A stretch of 64,000 nucleotides of DNA, from positions 9,114,001 through 9,178,000 of the forward strand of contig JBHGNT010000013.1 in NCBI GenBank assembly GCA_043228905.1, written 5' to 3'. Under the pieces are notes generated by a model. It worked only from the letters and a program-made list of their open reading frames with translations. It was not told where the DNA came from and searched no databases. This document shows, piece by piece, positions 49,188 through 63,176 of this stretch. This DNA is from Azolla caroliniana (taxonomy: Eukaryota; Plantae; Polypodiophyta). The position numbers and the translations under genes are program-made. Positions within the stretch are counted from its first letter, which is position 1. The number at the start of each line of letters is the position of its first letter.

Positions 49188-52100
49188 ACGTCGGGTTCAC
49201 CAAAGATGTCGTGAAAATACGACGAGGATACGTGAACGTTGAGGCAAGACCCCGGGGCCTTTGACTAGAGGATATCAAATTCGTGTATTTATGTACTAAG
49301 AATTAACCGAAATGAGAAAGATTAACAAATTTCATTAACAAGTAGAAAGAAAGATTACAATTAATCCCAAGATTGGGATTACAAAAAGTTTGCTAATGGA
49401 GATGGCTAGAGTAATAGATTAGAAGAAATGAGATATGGATTTAATTAGAATATTAGGGTTTTTGGCTTTGATGGGAAAATTAGGGTTTTTAGCTTCAATT
49501 CAAAAATTAGGGTTTTTGAGTTGTATGGCTTTGATTAGGAAATTAGGGTTTACTTGAGAGATAGCTTCCCTCTCCTCTCGAAAAATTATGAGTTTATGAG
49601 TCCTTAGCCCCCTTGATTCACAGATTCTTTCTTCTTCTTTTTTATCTCCTTCCCTTGCATGCATCCCAAATGGCGTTTACTTTAGTTTTCTTCACTTTAC
49701 TTTAGTTTGTTGCATGATCTCCAGCTTTTGTTGCACACCTTCCACATCATCTTTACTTTTTGCATTCACTCCAACTTTAGTTGCTTGCGTCCACATGGCC
49801 TTTACTTTAGTTCTCTTCACTTTACTTTAGTTTGTTGCATGGTCCAATCTTCCGTCCGTCCGCATCCAACCTTGTCCGGTAGCCAGTTCCGCCCGATCGC
49901 CGAATCCCTCACCGGCCGGTTCCCGTTCCGGTTTGCTTGCCGGCCAGTTTCTGGTTTCCGGTTTCCGGATTTGCATACCAACCGATTTCCGGATTTGCTT
50001 ACGGGCCGGTTTCTGGTTTGCATACCGACCGGTTTCCAGATTTGCTTACTGGCCAGTTTCCGGATTTGCTTACCGGTTGGTTTCCGGATTTGCTTGACAG
50101 TTTCCGGTTTTTGGGAACTTGGCCACCATCATTCATCAAGACAAAGTGGCCAAAGTGCTCTTAGCACAAAGGAAAAATGAGGGAGCTCAAGGTGCTTATA
50201 TAGCCAGGGGCTTAAGTTTTCTATCTATGTGGGATAGTTCTAATTTCCCTATCTTCTCAAACTTCATTTTCACATAACTTGATATGTATTTCTCCATTTT
50301 GTACATAGTAAAATACGTTTTGAAGCTCGTGAGTATTTCTATCTTTCTATAGTAAGCTACAAATCTAATCTATAATAATTATGTCATTTTATTTTTTACA
50401 TAGTGTGTGAAGATTGACACGACAACACTAAAAGCATTAATATGTTGGAAGGGCTGGCCGACGAGGAAGTCAATCAGTATCTTAAGGATAATCCAAAAAT
50501 CGTACCCTTGTTCGAAATAGATGTGGGCGAAGCAGTCTCTTCGTATATTGCACAACCGGAAGATGTCGGAGAGGAACCGGATAGAGATGTCGTCAGAGAA
50601 CTACGTCAAGCACAGGAGGCCCTAGAACGGGAAATGGCAGTATCTCAAAGGGTGAAGGCATCCCAACTAGAAGAAGTAAACTTGGGAACTAGAGAGGAAG
50701 CACGACCAGTACATATTGCCAAAGAAATGTCACCGGAAAACAAAACGACAATTATTACATTATTGAAAGAATTCTGGGACGTATTTTCTTGGTCCTATGA
50801 GGATATGCGAGGGCTGGATCCGCAGCTGTATCAACATTAGATACATCTCAGCAAAGACGCCAAACCGGTAGCACAAAGGCGCTACCGAATGAACCCTAAT
50901 TATGCGGTAAGGGTAAAAGAAGAGATCGACAAGTTACTCCGAGTCAGATGGAGTTCTGGACGTGTTAGCCGGTCATGAGGTATTTAGCTTCCTAGACAAA
51001 TCCAGCGGTTACAATCAAATACGCATGCATCCCGATGACCAAGAAAAGACGGCTTTCGTTACCGAGTGGGGAGTTTTTGTTGCCATAGTGATGATGTTTC
51101 AGCGGATAATCATGGAAATATTTGGAGAGTTCATCCCGGCGTTTATGCAGGTGTTCCTAGATGACTTCGTGGTGTTGGCAAGGGGAACACCTAGACAATC
51201 TATGCGAGCCGGTATACTATGCGAGCCGGAAACTGTCTCAAGTGGAACGAAATTACTCCACAACAGAAAGAGAGGCCTTGGGGATGATTTATAGTGCCAC
51301 GAAGTTCCGACACTATTTGTTGGGCTGTAAATTTTCATTTCACATAGACCATTCCGCACTTTTATACTTGGTCTCTAAGGCATCCCTCACAGGTAAGCTG
51401 GCCCAATGGACATTGCTACTACAGGAATTCGAGTTCGAAATTCATCACCGACTGGGTATACAACATGCGGTTGCCGACTATTTGAGCCGGTTAGAAACCG
51501 ATGAGACCGGTGATGGCGTACCAGATGAGTTTCTGGATGCTGAACTGCTTAAAATTACAACAGAAACCACGGCGGATAGTACAGTTCCAGACGAAGACAA
51601 ATGGCTAACGATCATGCATCAGTTCTTAAGCACGAGACTACCTCTAGTCCAAAGCCGGCATTTTTGTTTATTATAGGACACCCTATACCACAAGGGAGCC
51701 AATGGAATATGACGGAGAGCGGTGTGGAGCGATGAAAAGGACACCATATTACGGGAAGCACATTGCGGAGTTGCCGGAGGACACTATGTTGGTGAAGCTA
51801 CAGCAAGAAAGATATGGCGCAGTGGGCTATGGCGGCCAATGACACTGAAAGATTTAGTCCGATATATGAAGGAATGTGATTTGTGTCAATGAATGGGCCA
51901 ACCAACAGAATAGGCGTGGATGCCTCACCAGCCGGTACTACCCTTGGAACCATTTCAAAAATGGGGGCTAGACTTCATTCGACCATTCAAGCTGCCAGTC
52001 ATGCGAACCGGCAACAGATACGTCATTGTCACTATGGATTATTGCACCAAGTGGATAGAGGCCAAGGCTTTGCAATACAATACCGCGACATCAACGACGA

Positions 52101-53528
52101 AGTTCCTTTACGAGTACATCTAGTGCCGTTACGGATGTCCAATCGAATTAATTAGCGACCAGGGTGGACACTTCCTCGGTCAAGTAGTGGAGAGCCTAAC
52201 AACTTCCTACGCTGTAGTACACAAGTGCAACAATCCGTACTACCCGCAGGCCAATGGACTGGCTGAGTCCACCAACAAGACACTACAGAACATCCTCCGT
52301 AAGATCGTCAACGAGAACCGGACGGCGTATAAAACGAGCATCAGGACGGCACCATTCCGGTTAGCATTCGGACTAGAAGCGGTGATGCCGATTGAATTTC
52401 AAGTACCGAGCTTACAGATACAGGTCCGGGCGTGACTGAGTGAAAAGGAATCAGAGAAAATCCGATTGGCGGCACTATGTGAGCTGGAAGAGCATCCGAT
52501 AGCAAATATAATGCAATTGGAACTAGAGCAGCAATGAAGGAAGGCATTCGTCGACCGGCACCGGAAGGGCAATGAGAAGTTGTTCGGAATCGGCAAGCCG
52601 GTGCTCGTGTTTCAGACCGGGATGTGTAAGATGTCGGGCAAGCTATGGTTCCGGTAGACCAAACCATATTGGATCACGTGAGAATTCAACGGTGTGAAAG
52701 TGTTTTTTGAATTCAAACCATTGAACACTAGATGGATATAAAGTATGGATAATTCACATTTGGAGGATAAGAACACGAACTAAAAGCTTAGGGAAGAAGT
52801 CAAATGTAAAAGTAAGAGACCAAGAGAAAAGTAAAAAGAGAAAAAGCTGATCATAAAAAACAGTAAAAAAGGAATGGTCATAACTCCTTCACCCAAATAT
52901 TATGTTTAAATATGGGTTAGAAAGCTTGTAAAAAGAGATATCTATAACATTTGAAATCACTAAATTCGGAGCTCTGAGGACAGAGATATGACGATTAGAA
53001 GGTCGTTGGGTTTTAGCTAAAAATAGGAGATAAAAAGCTTCTAAAAAAAGCGTGAACGAGGAAGAAGAAAAAAATTATAAAAGAGGAAATGATAGTCATA
53101 GAAAAGTAACTAATAGGGAGAAGATCCTAATAGAGGAGAGGGAGTCTTAGGAAGAGATATCTTAGTGAAAGAGGAAGGATCTAAATTGTGGTTTTTGAAT
53201 GATTGGTAGTAAGAAGTTCTTTGGTTTCTTAGTTGAATGTGGAGTTTATCTCCTTTGTATTGTCTTGATGTTGGAATATCATAACAATCTTATGTCTTTC
53301 TCATCTTCTCTATCTTTTTTTCTTAATTTCTTTAGTCTCTCTTGATCTATATAATATATTATGAGTCACAACTCCATCTAACTGATTTGGTCAAACCCTC
53401 ATATAGTGTATGATTATCCTTTGTCTTAAACACCTCATCATTTTGGCGCTCCAGGGAGGGTCGATCCTTTCCGTATAGGAGGGAGAACTTATCCTTTCTT
53501 TGTGTTACTATACTACATTAACTTAGCT

Positions 53529-56500
53529 ATGCAGTTCGCATTTTCGGCTGAAAGAACACAAGATGTTGGTGCCTTTTTGGCATGCTTTGAGCATCATGCC
53601 ATCGCTATTGGGCGCATCACCGACAACGAAAAGTTGCCCTTGTTGGTAGCTACATTCTATGGTTGTGCTCAAGATTGGTATGACTCTCTTCCGCAAAATG
53701 AACAAGGAGAATATCAATTGTTGGTGCATCAATTTCGTACAATATATATTCAATGGAAAAGTGCAACTAAACTAAGGGAGGAACTTTTTCAACTAAAGAT
53801 GGAATCATCTTTTGGTTTTTTAGAGTATGAAAGAAATTTCCAAGAATTGTGGACGACATGGATTCCTCTTCGTGGTGGCACCGATGACGAGTGGTTTAAG
53901 ATAGAACAATTTAAGGTGGGCCTTGATATGCATTTCCGTTTGGAGGCAAGCTTGAAGGATCCAACGACTTTTCAAGCTCTTCTCCAAGTTTGTCAAGATT
54001 ATGATCGACGAGTGAAGATGATGAGTTCCATGGGGGATCCCCAAATGACGGCTTTGGGTGCAAATTTGATGCCTCGTGCCAACTTTCAAGCCTCATCTTC
54101 AATTGTGCATGGTGGAAAAGTGTTTCCAAATGTGTATACCACCACAACAATAAACCCGACAAGTATATCTCAAGAAGTGGAACAAGTGAAGAGTGAACAA
54201 GATACAATGGCATTGGTGAATTGATGCTTTGATGAAGTGATGGCCCACTTGTGACAATCCCAAGCAATTCACAACGTTATTCCCGATGGTGGTGGCTCTA
54301 GAGGGCATCAAGGTGTAATTTGTTATTCTTGTCAAGAGGAGGGACACATCTCAACAAGATGTCCTCATTGACAAGAAAGAGGCATGGGAAGAGGCATGTA
54401 TCAAGTGGAAATGAATGGACAACGACCTAACAACAATGAAGTCGAAGGAGGCGTAACACTTCCTATGGCTCAGGTTCCTATAATTCCTGATAATCTGAAT
54501 CTTCTTAATTTTATTGATGATAGTGATAATTCTTGTGAAGTAGCTCCTGTGAAAAGGACAAGGTCCTCGCAAAAGGAGAAAGAAGTTGAAGGAGAATCTA
54601 CTGCCTCAAGACAGACGAAGAAGTCTAAGGAGAATGAGAAAGAGGAGAAATTGAGAGGGAGACACTCTAGAAGGGAGATCAAGATGGAGGACATTCCTAT
54701 GGGTGAAGGTGTAGAGGCTTTCAATTTGAAGCATGAGTTGATATCAAGTGGACCAAGGATAACATGGCCACAACTTGTCCAATTATCTCCCACATTACGA
54801 AAGGAGTGGCGGTGGCTTGCAAGTATTTGCCAAAGTCGGAAGACCATGCATTATGTGGGGATCGTGCGAGTAGAAGATCGAAAGGACATACGACTAACCA
54901 TCCTCGTCTCTATCAAAGGGTTTCACATCAAAGATTCCTTGGTTGATAGTGGTGCTAGAGTAAGCTTGATTTCTGAATTTGTGGTAAACAAAGTGGGAAT
55001 TCCTATTAGTAGGTCATCTTTAGCAAGGGTGGTTGTAGCCGATGGTGGAGTGGTCCATTGCATTGGCATAGTGGAGGATGTGGTCATCAAGTGTTTTGGG
55101 GTAAGCATTTCGATGGATGTTCATGTAATACTACTAAAAGGACCGTCATATTCTTTGGTACTAGGAAGTCCATGGATGCAAGAACTCAATGTTGTCCAAT
55201 ATTGGAGCAAAGTTTTGAGGACCATAACGCCATCAAAAGGAGTGAGCATACATTATGATATGCGGCAACAACAACTTATTAAGAAAGAAGAAGATGGAAT
55301 AACTGAATATGATAGCGGGTCCACATATGAAAGTGATAAAAGTGAAGATTCCTCATCAGAATGGGAAATGACAACATCATATGCCGTTTTGAAGGAAGAA
55401 GATGATGAAGGAGGTTTAATTACTATGGAGCAGAAAGAGAAGATGATTTCTAAAGATCTTAAAGGGCAAGAGAGGCAACAATTTATTAATTTGATTTCAG
55501 AATTTCCTAACCTTTTTATTAGTGATTATGCTCATATTAGGGGTGTAGATGTCATCCAACATCGCATAAATCTAAAGGAGGGTACAACTCCAGTTGCACA
55601 AAAGATGCGAAGGCTAGGTCACGTGCAAAAGGAGGCTTTATTAAAGGAAGTAAAAGCTTTGTTGTGTGCACAATTCATTTACCTAGTGGAAGATTCTGAA
55701 TGGGTTTCACCCATTGTGGTGGTGCCTAAAAAGAATGGAAAATGGAGGGTTTGTGTTGATTACAAACCTTTAAATGCGGCTACCAAGAGGGATCACTTTC
55801 CTCTCCCTTTCCAAGATGAAATATTAGATGAAATTGCAAGTTATGAAATGTACTCTGTTTGTGATGGCTATTCAGGTTATTTTCAAATTCGTATTGCGGA
55901 AGAGGATCAAAAGAAGACGACATTCATCACTCCATGGGGATGCTTTGCATATCGATGCATGCCCTTTGGACTCACAAATGTTGTTTTTACGTTTAATCGT
56001 CTTGCTATTCATGTATTCCAACCATTCTTTGGAAAGTTTGTTAGAGTCTTTATGGATGACTTTGCAATTTATAGTAGGAGGAAAGACCATTTGGAAAAGG
56101 TCTGCTTGGCATTCAAGAGATTGGAGGAATGCAAAATGCAACTCAACCCAGAGAAGTGTCACATAGGTGAAAAGGAGGTGGTGATGCTTGGTCATGTGTT
56201 GTCTCAAGAAGGAATCAAAGTTGATAGCTCAAAGATCAAAGCAATTCAAAAGATCACAACACCCATGAGTATCAAAGATTTGGAGGTCTTTGTTCAAAAA
56301 GTTCGTTACTTTGAACGGTTCATTCATATGTTGGCTCAAATTCTCTATCCTATTCTAAAGCCACCTGATAGAACATCTACCTTCTTTCTTTCTCTTAGTG
56401 TTGGATCTCATGCTATAGGAGCCATTCTTATGCAACAAGATTTTGAAAATAGGCTTATGCATCCTATATATTTTATTAGTAAAGCCATGTCTGATGTAGA

Positions 56501-58574
56501 GAAAGAATTCTTGGAAGTAGAAAAGTGGATGTTAGCTCTTATACATGCTTGTAAAAAGTTTAGAAGCTTTCTACTACCTCATCATTTTGTAATAATCACT
56601 AGCATGTCATTACTCCCATATGTACTCCAACATGTGAGCATTTCAGCAAGAATTGCTAAATGGGCTCTACTATTGGCGGAGTTTGATTTTGAAGTCAAAT
56701 TGGAATCAACTATGCGTGCCGAATTGGCGGATCTTCTCACCTTTAGAGAAAATTTTCATGAAGAAGACTTGGTAAAGCTACAAAATGCACTTCCCGAACC
56801 GGATATGGAGGATGCACTCACCTTATTCTTTGATGGGGCATTTCGCAAAGCCACAAATGTAGCCATGGGTGGAATTATTATCAAGGATCCTCAAGGAGAA
56901 AGAGTTAAAAGTGAAGGTATTACATTAAGTGGTGTGAATTCAAATAATGAAGCACAGTATGCTACCTTATGTTATGGTCTTCGTCTATGTAAAGCTATGA
57001 AGATAAAAAGACTAATTCTTAAGGGAGATTCCTTATTGGTAATTAAACAAATTCAAGGCAATTGGAAATGTCAAAGTGATGGGCTTAGAAATTTTTATAA
57101 AGAAGCAATGAGTCTACTAAGGTCTTTTGAAAAGATACAGGTTAAGCATGTGGGGAGATTATACAATAAAGAAGTGGATGCATTAGCTCAAGCCCAATTA
57201 GAGAAGATCAAGGAAGGTTTCGTTGGTGTTTTGGAGACGTGCAAAGATGTAGACTCCCTAGAGGATGTACACGATTTTCTTAATAAAGGAGAGTTTCCAA
57301 ATAACCTCAATGCTTTGCAAAGAAAGCGTTTGGTGGCAAAGGCTTCACAATATCATTTGGTGGGTGAAGATTTGTACAACAAAGGGAAAGATGGAGTTTT
57401 ACGAAGAGTTCCTAACAAAAGCGAGATTATAGAGATACTCTTTAAGTTGCATGAAGAAGTTTGTGGTGGGCATTTAGCCCATGATATAATGATAAGAAAG
57501 ATTTTATTAATTGGTTTTACATGGCCTACTATACATAGGGATGTGCATGATTGGTGCAGATCTTGTGATGCATGTCAAAAAGTAGGAATAAGGCATCTAC
57601 AAAGTGGTCCTCTACAACCCATTGTGTTGTTTGCTCCATTCGAGAAATGGGGAATTGATGCAGTGGGACCTCTTCCCAAAACTCAACATGGTAAAGAGTT
57701 TATTTTGGTGGCCATTGACTACATGACAAAGTGGGTTGAAGCTTTAGCATCTTCCACGATTAAAGCCAAAGATGTAGCCCAATTTGTGTATAAGAATATT
57801 TGTACTAGATTTGGAGTTCCCATGGAGATTGTATCCGATCATGGACCAAGTTTCAAGAATGAAATGTTAATGTGTCTATTAAGCAAGTTGAAGATTAAGC
57901 ACCGATATTCAACGCCTTATTACCCTCAAGCAAATGGTGCAGTTGAGAAAGTGAATGGGCTTATAGTGAAGAATTTGACAAAGTTAGTGCAAGACAAAGT
58001 AAGAACTTGGGATAGGTATTTGGATGATACTCTTTGGGCTTATCGAGTGTCTTATAAATCCTCCACAGGTTTTACTCCTTTTTATTTGGTTTATGGGAAA
58101 GAAGCATTACTTCCTATCAAACTTGAGATCAAAAGTAACAGATTAATGGAGGCATCACATCACTCAAAAGGAAATGATGTGATGAGTCCTTTAGCTAGCA
58201 ACCATCTACTACAATATTCAAGAGAAGAAGCCATGCAGCACTACTTAAATCAAGCAATGAAGAGAAAGGAGGCATATGACAAAAAACACAAGGGTAAACA
58301 CATTGAAGAAGGATCATTAGTTCTTAGGTATGATAATAGATATGATTATATTCAAGGACAAAAGCTTGATAATAAGTGGGAAGGACCCTTTGTGGTTCAC
58401 AAAAAGTATGCCAACGGAAGTTACCAATTGAAAGATGTGGATGGAGCACTTCATTCTTATCGAGTCAACAGATGGCGCCTTAAAAAGTATGTAACTCGGG
58501 AACCTACTTATATTGTTGATATTGATGGATGGGAGCAAGAAGTGGACTTGTTTCCCCATACATTATTTTCTTAG
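53529..58574 (+). pseudogene. gag-PR-RT-RH-aRH-INT polyprotein, single frame, three CGA>TGA stops in gag
   Basis: CYSCQEEGHISTRC; LVDSGA; FMDDF; degenerate RNase H (FFLSLSVG); archaeal-type RNase H LFFDGA...NNEAQY...KGDSLLV...YNKEVDALA; integrase GGH...CDAC, WGIDAVGP, SDHG, YPQANG, WEGPF. Confidence 0.95.
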
Positions 58575-59683
58575 TAATCCATATTGTAGACCCATCTTTC
58601 TCTCTATTGACAAAGACGATGATGGTAATAGTGATTATCATTTTTATTTGTAGAGAATGTGAGGTTTTTCCTACCGATTAGCAGAGGTTTCACTCAAATC
58701 TTTTTATTTTCTTTTTTATTATATGTCTCTCATTGTCTATAGCCAAGAGATTGGCAAGAGAGCTTTCGTTTGTTAAGTACTACCATTAAATGCTTCGCCA
58801 TAAATGGCTTAGCCTCTAGCAAGGGGGAGGGCTAAATGTGAAAGTGTTTTTTGAATTCAAACCATTGAACACTAGATGGATATAAAGTATGGATAATTCA
58901 CATTTGGAGGATAAGAACACGAACTAAGAGCTTAGGTAAGAAGTCAAAAGTAAAAGTAAGAGACCAAGAGAAAAGTAAAAAGAGAAAAAACGGACCATAA
59001 AAAACAGTAAAAAATGAACGGTCATAACTCCTTCGATTTTCACCCAAATATTATGTTTAAATATGGGTTAGAAAGCTTGTAACGAGGGCTATCTATAACG
59101 TTTTAAATCACTAAATTCGGAGCTCTGAGGACAGAGATATGACGATTAGAGGGTCGTTGGGTCTTAGCTAAAAATAGGAGATAAAAAGCTTCTAAAAATA
59201 GCGTGAACGAGGAAGAAGAAGAAAATTATAAAAGAGGAAGTGATAGTCATAATAGAAAAAAGGAACTAATAGGGAGAGGATCCTAATAGAGGAGAGGAGG
59301 TCTTAGGAAGAGATATCTTAGTGAAAGAGGAAGGGTCTTAATTGTGGTTTTTGAGTGATTGGTAGTAAGAAGTTCTTTGGTTTCTTAGTTGAATATGGAG
59401 TTTATCTCCTTTGTATTGTCTTGATATTGGAATATCATAACAATATTATCTCTTTCTCATCTTCTCTATCTTTTTTTCTTAATTTCTTGAGTCTCTCTTG
59501 ATCTATATAATATATTATGAGTCACAACTCCATCTAACCGGTTTGGTCAAGCCCTCATATAGTGTAACATTATCCTTTGTCTTAAACACCTCATCATTTT
59601 GGCGCTCTAGGGAGGGTCGATCCTTTCCATATAGGAGGAGAAGTTATCATTTAATTGTGTTAGTATATTACATTAACTTAGCT

Positions 59684-61780
59684 ATGCAATTTGCATTTTC
59701 GGGTGAAAGAACACAAGATGTTGGTGCCTTTTTGGCATGCTTTGAACATCATGCCATCTCTATTGGACGCATCACCGACAACGAAAAGTTGCCCTTGTTG
59801 GTAACTACATTCTATGGTTGTGCTCAAGATTGGTATGACTCTCTTCCGCAAAATGAACAAGGAGAATATCAATTGTTGGTGCATCAATTTCGTACAATAT
59901 ATATTCAATGGCAAAGTGCAACTGAGCTAAGGGAGGAGCTTTTTCAACTAAAGATGGAATCATCTTTTGGTTTTTTAGAGTATGAAAGAAATTTCCAAGA
60001 ATTGTGGACGACATGGATTCCTCTTCGTGGTGGCACCGATGACGAGTGGTTTAAGATAGAACAATTTAAGGTGGGCCTTGATATGCATTTCCGTTTGGAG
60101 GCAAGCTTGAAGGATCCAACGACTTTTCAAGCTCTTCTCCAAGTTTGTCAAGATTATGATCGACGAGTGAAGATGATGAGTTCCATGGGGGATCCCCAAA
60201 TGACGGCTTTGGGTGCAAATTTGATGCCTCGTGCCAACTTTCAAGCCTCATCTTCAATTGTGCATGGTGGACAAGTGTTTCCAAATGTGTATACCACCAC
60301 AACAATAAACCCGACAAGTATATCTCAAGAAGTGGAACAAGTGAAGAGTAAACAAGATACAATGGCATTGGTGAATCGACGCTTTGATGAAGTGATGGCC
60401 CACTTGCGACAATCCCAAGAAATTCACAACATTATTCCCGATGGTGGTGGCTCTAGAGGGCGTCAAGGTGTAATTTGTTATTCTTGTCTAGAGGAGGGAC
60501 ACAACTCAACAAGATGTCCTCATCGACAACAAAGAGGTATGGAAAGAGACATGTATGAAGTGCAACGGAATGGACAATGACCTATCAACAATGGAGTCGA
60601 AGGAGGCGAATCTATAACACTTCCTATGACTCAGGTTCCTACAATTCCTCATAATGTGACTCTTCTTAATTTTATTGATGATAGTGATAGTGCTTGTGAA
60701 GTAGCTCATGTGAAAAGGACAAGAGCCTCGCAAAAGGAGAAAGAAGTTGATGGAGAATCTAGTGCCTCAAGAGAAAAGAAGAAGTCTAAGGAGAATGAGG
60801 AAGAGGAGAAATTGAGAAGGAGACACTCCAAATGGAAGATAAAGATGGAGGATATTCCTATGGGTGAAGGTGTAGAAGCTTTCAATCGGAAGCATGAATT
60901 GATATCGAGTGGACCAAGGATAATATGGCCACAACTTCTCCAATTATCTCCCACATTACGAAAGGAGTGGGGAAAGCTTGCAAGTATTCGCCAAAGTAGG
61001 AAGACCGTGCATTATGTGGGGATCGTGCGAGTAGAAGATCGAAAGGACATACGTCCAACCATCCCGGTCTCCATCAAAGGGTTTAACTTTAAAGATGCCT
61101 TGGTCGATAGTGATGCTAGAGTAAGCTTGATTTCTGAATTGGTGGTTAACAAAGTGGGAATTCCTATTAGTAGCTCATCTTTAGCAAGTGTGGTTGTAGC
61201 AGATGGCAAAGTGGTGAATTGCACATGCATAAAGGAGGATGTGGTCATCGAATGTTTCAAAATAAGAGGAGAAGCTTGCAACAAATCCCACATCAACTTG
61301 AAGGAACGTGTACCAATTTTCCCAATGCTTCGGCAATTGGGTGTTGAAGGGGAATTTATACAAGAGTTCAAAGCATGCTTGCAAGAATGTTTCAATTATA
61401 AGATGGAGGATTTAAAGAGTGTCCTATCTATGGCTTTGGTTCCCACGAAGAATGAGATCGATTTCAAACCCATGAGCAATTCGATCAAACGAGATGAATT
61501 TTCACTTCCTTGCCGAGATGAGATTGTCGATAAAATGTTTGTTTATACAAAACAAGGTATTGTGGACAATATGTTGTGCCAAGAAGGATTTCAGGTGGAT
61601 GATTCAAAGATTAACATAATTAAAAAGATAACAATTCCGACAAGTCTTGAAGCTTTGAAGGTATTTGTGCAAAAGGTGCGCTCGCTCGAAAGATTCATTT
61701 ATATGTTGACATGCTTACTGCTATCAAGAGTGATGTATCCCATGGCCCTACTAGTCTTTGGAGAGTTAATGAAGACATAA
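59684..61780 (+). pseudogene. gag-protease plus compressed RT relics of a non-autonomous partner (one CGA>TGA stop at 60578)
   Basis: Gag is near-identical to 53529-54380. Protease ALVDSDARV. RT relics EFSLPCRDEIVD and QEGFQVDDSKI...VFVQKVR. No RT catalytic motif, RNase H or integrase. Confidence 0.85.
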
Positions 61781-63176
61781 TGATTGTGGTAACCTCTTTC
61801 TTTGTATTGACAAGGAGAAAGATGTTGATGGGATTGTCAATGTGTGTGTGGGTGTGTCTAGGAGTGTGAGATTTTTCCTACCTACTAGCGGGGGTTTTAC
61901 TCACATAGTTTGTTTCTTTTTCTTCTCTCCTTCTTTGTCTATAGCCTACCATAGTTTTTTTTATTCTTTTTATCTTCGGCTCACCGTAAATGGTTCACTC
62001 AACAAGCAAGGGGGAGGGCTAAATGTGAAAGTGTTTTTTGAATTCAAACCATTGAACACTAGATGGATATAAAGTATGGATAATTCACATTTGGAGGATA
62101 AGAACACGAACTAAGAGCTTAGGTAAGAAGTCAAAAGTAAAAGTAAGAGACCAAGAGAAAAGTAAAAAGAGAAAAAACAGACCACAAAAACAGTAAAAAA
62201 TGAACGGTCATAACTCCTTCGATTTTCACCCAAATATTATGTTTAAATATGGGTTAGAAAGCTTGTAACGAGGGCTATCTATAGCGTTTTAAATCACTAA
62301 ATTCGGAGCTCTGAGGAGGGAGATATGACGATTAGAGGGTCGTTGGGTCTTAGCTAAAAATAGGAGATAAAAAGCTTCTAAAAATAGCGTGAACGAGGAA
62401 GAAGAAGAAAATTATAAAAGAGGAAGTGATAGTCATAATAGAAAAAAGGAACTAATAGGGAGAGGATCCTAATAGAGGAGAGGAGGTCTTAGGAAGAGAT
62501 ATCTTAGTGAAAGAGGAAGGGTCTTAATTGTGGTTTTTGAGTGATTGGTAGTAAGAAGTTCTTTGGTTTCTTAGTTGAATGTGGAGTTTATCTCCTTTGT
62601 ATTGTCTTGATATTGGAATATCATAACAATCTTATCTCTTTCTCATCTTCTCTATCTTTTTTTCTTAATTTCTTGAGTCTCTCTTGATCTATATAATATA
62701 TTATGAGTCACAACTCCATCTAACCGGTTTGGTCAAACCCTCATATAGTGTAAGATTATCCTTTGTCTTAAACACCTCATCAAACAGTTCTTACCAATTA
62801 GGCACGCTTGCTGGTGAAGTATTGGACAAATGGGTAAATGGGTTCCGGCTTAAACCCTATTACTTGCCCATGCCACCTAACCCATTCCATCAGGTGGAGA
62901 CCGACGTGGTAACCGGAAGCTAATTAAAGCCTATTTAAAAGCACACCATGTGTCAACCGACTGCTATTATAATACACGACGTGCATGTGGGGGAATCGAG
63001 AAAAGGTGCCAAGCATGGAGAGACAAAAGCTCTGCCTCTTAGAGTCCCTCTCATTTCGCGAGAACAAAGCACTAAGCACACACAGGCGATTAAGAGTGAT
63101 CCAACGAACGCAAGAAGAATGCACAGACGTACCAATTCTACCATGTCCCACAGACTCAAACGATGATATGGAACAC

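Larger units (their letters stand above)
40570..50424 (-). mobile_element. Decayed DUF4100/Phygy-like Gypsy element: 5' LTR 49207-50424, 3' LTR stub ~40570-40630
   Basis: tRNA-Trp PBS at 49188-49202 (interrupted), PPT GGTGGGGGCGAA at 40631-40642, gag-PR 48417-46237 and RT-RH-INT 46246-40698 homologous to 29010-34657. Confidence 0.92.
52693..62782 (+). mobile_element. Tat-type Ty3/Gypsy three-LTR tandem (LTRs 52693-53440, 58837-59596, 62024-62782)
   Basis: TGTGAAAG...CCTCATCA three times, PBS TGGCGCTC(C/T)AGGGAGGGTCGA after LTR1 and LTR2 (probably tRNA-Asn type), PPT AAGGGGGAGGG before LTR2 and LTR3, one TSD AACGG/AACAG. The host frame EFNG|SYQLG rejoins. Confidence 0.94.
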
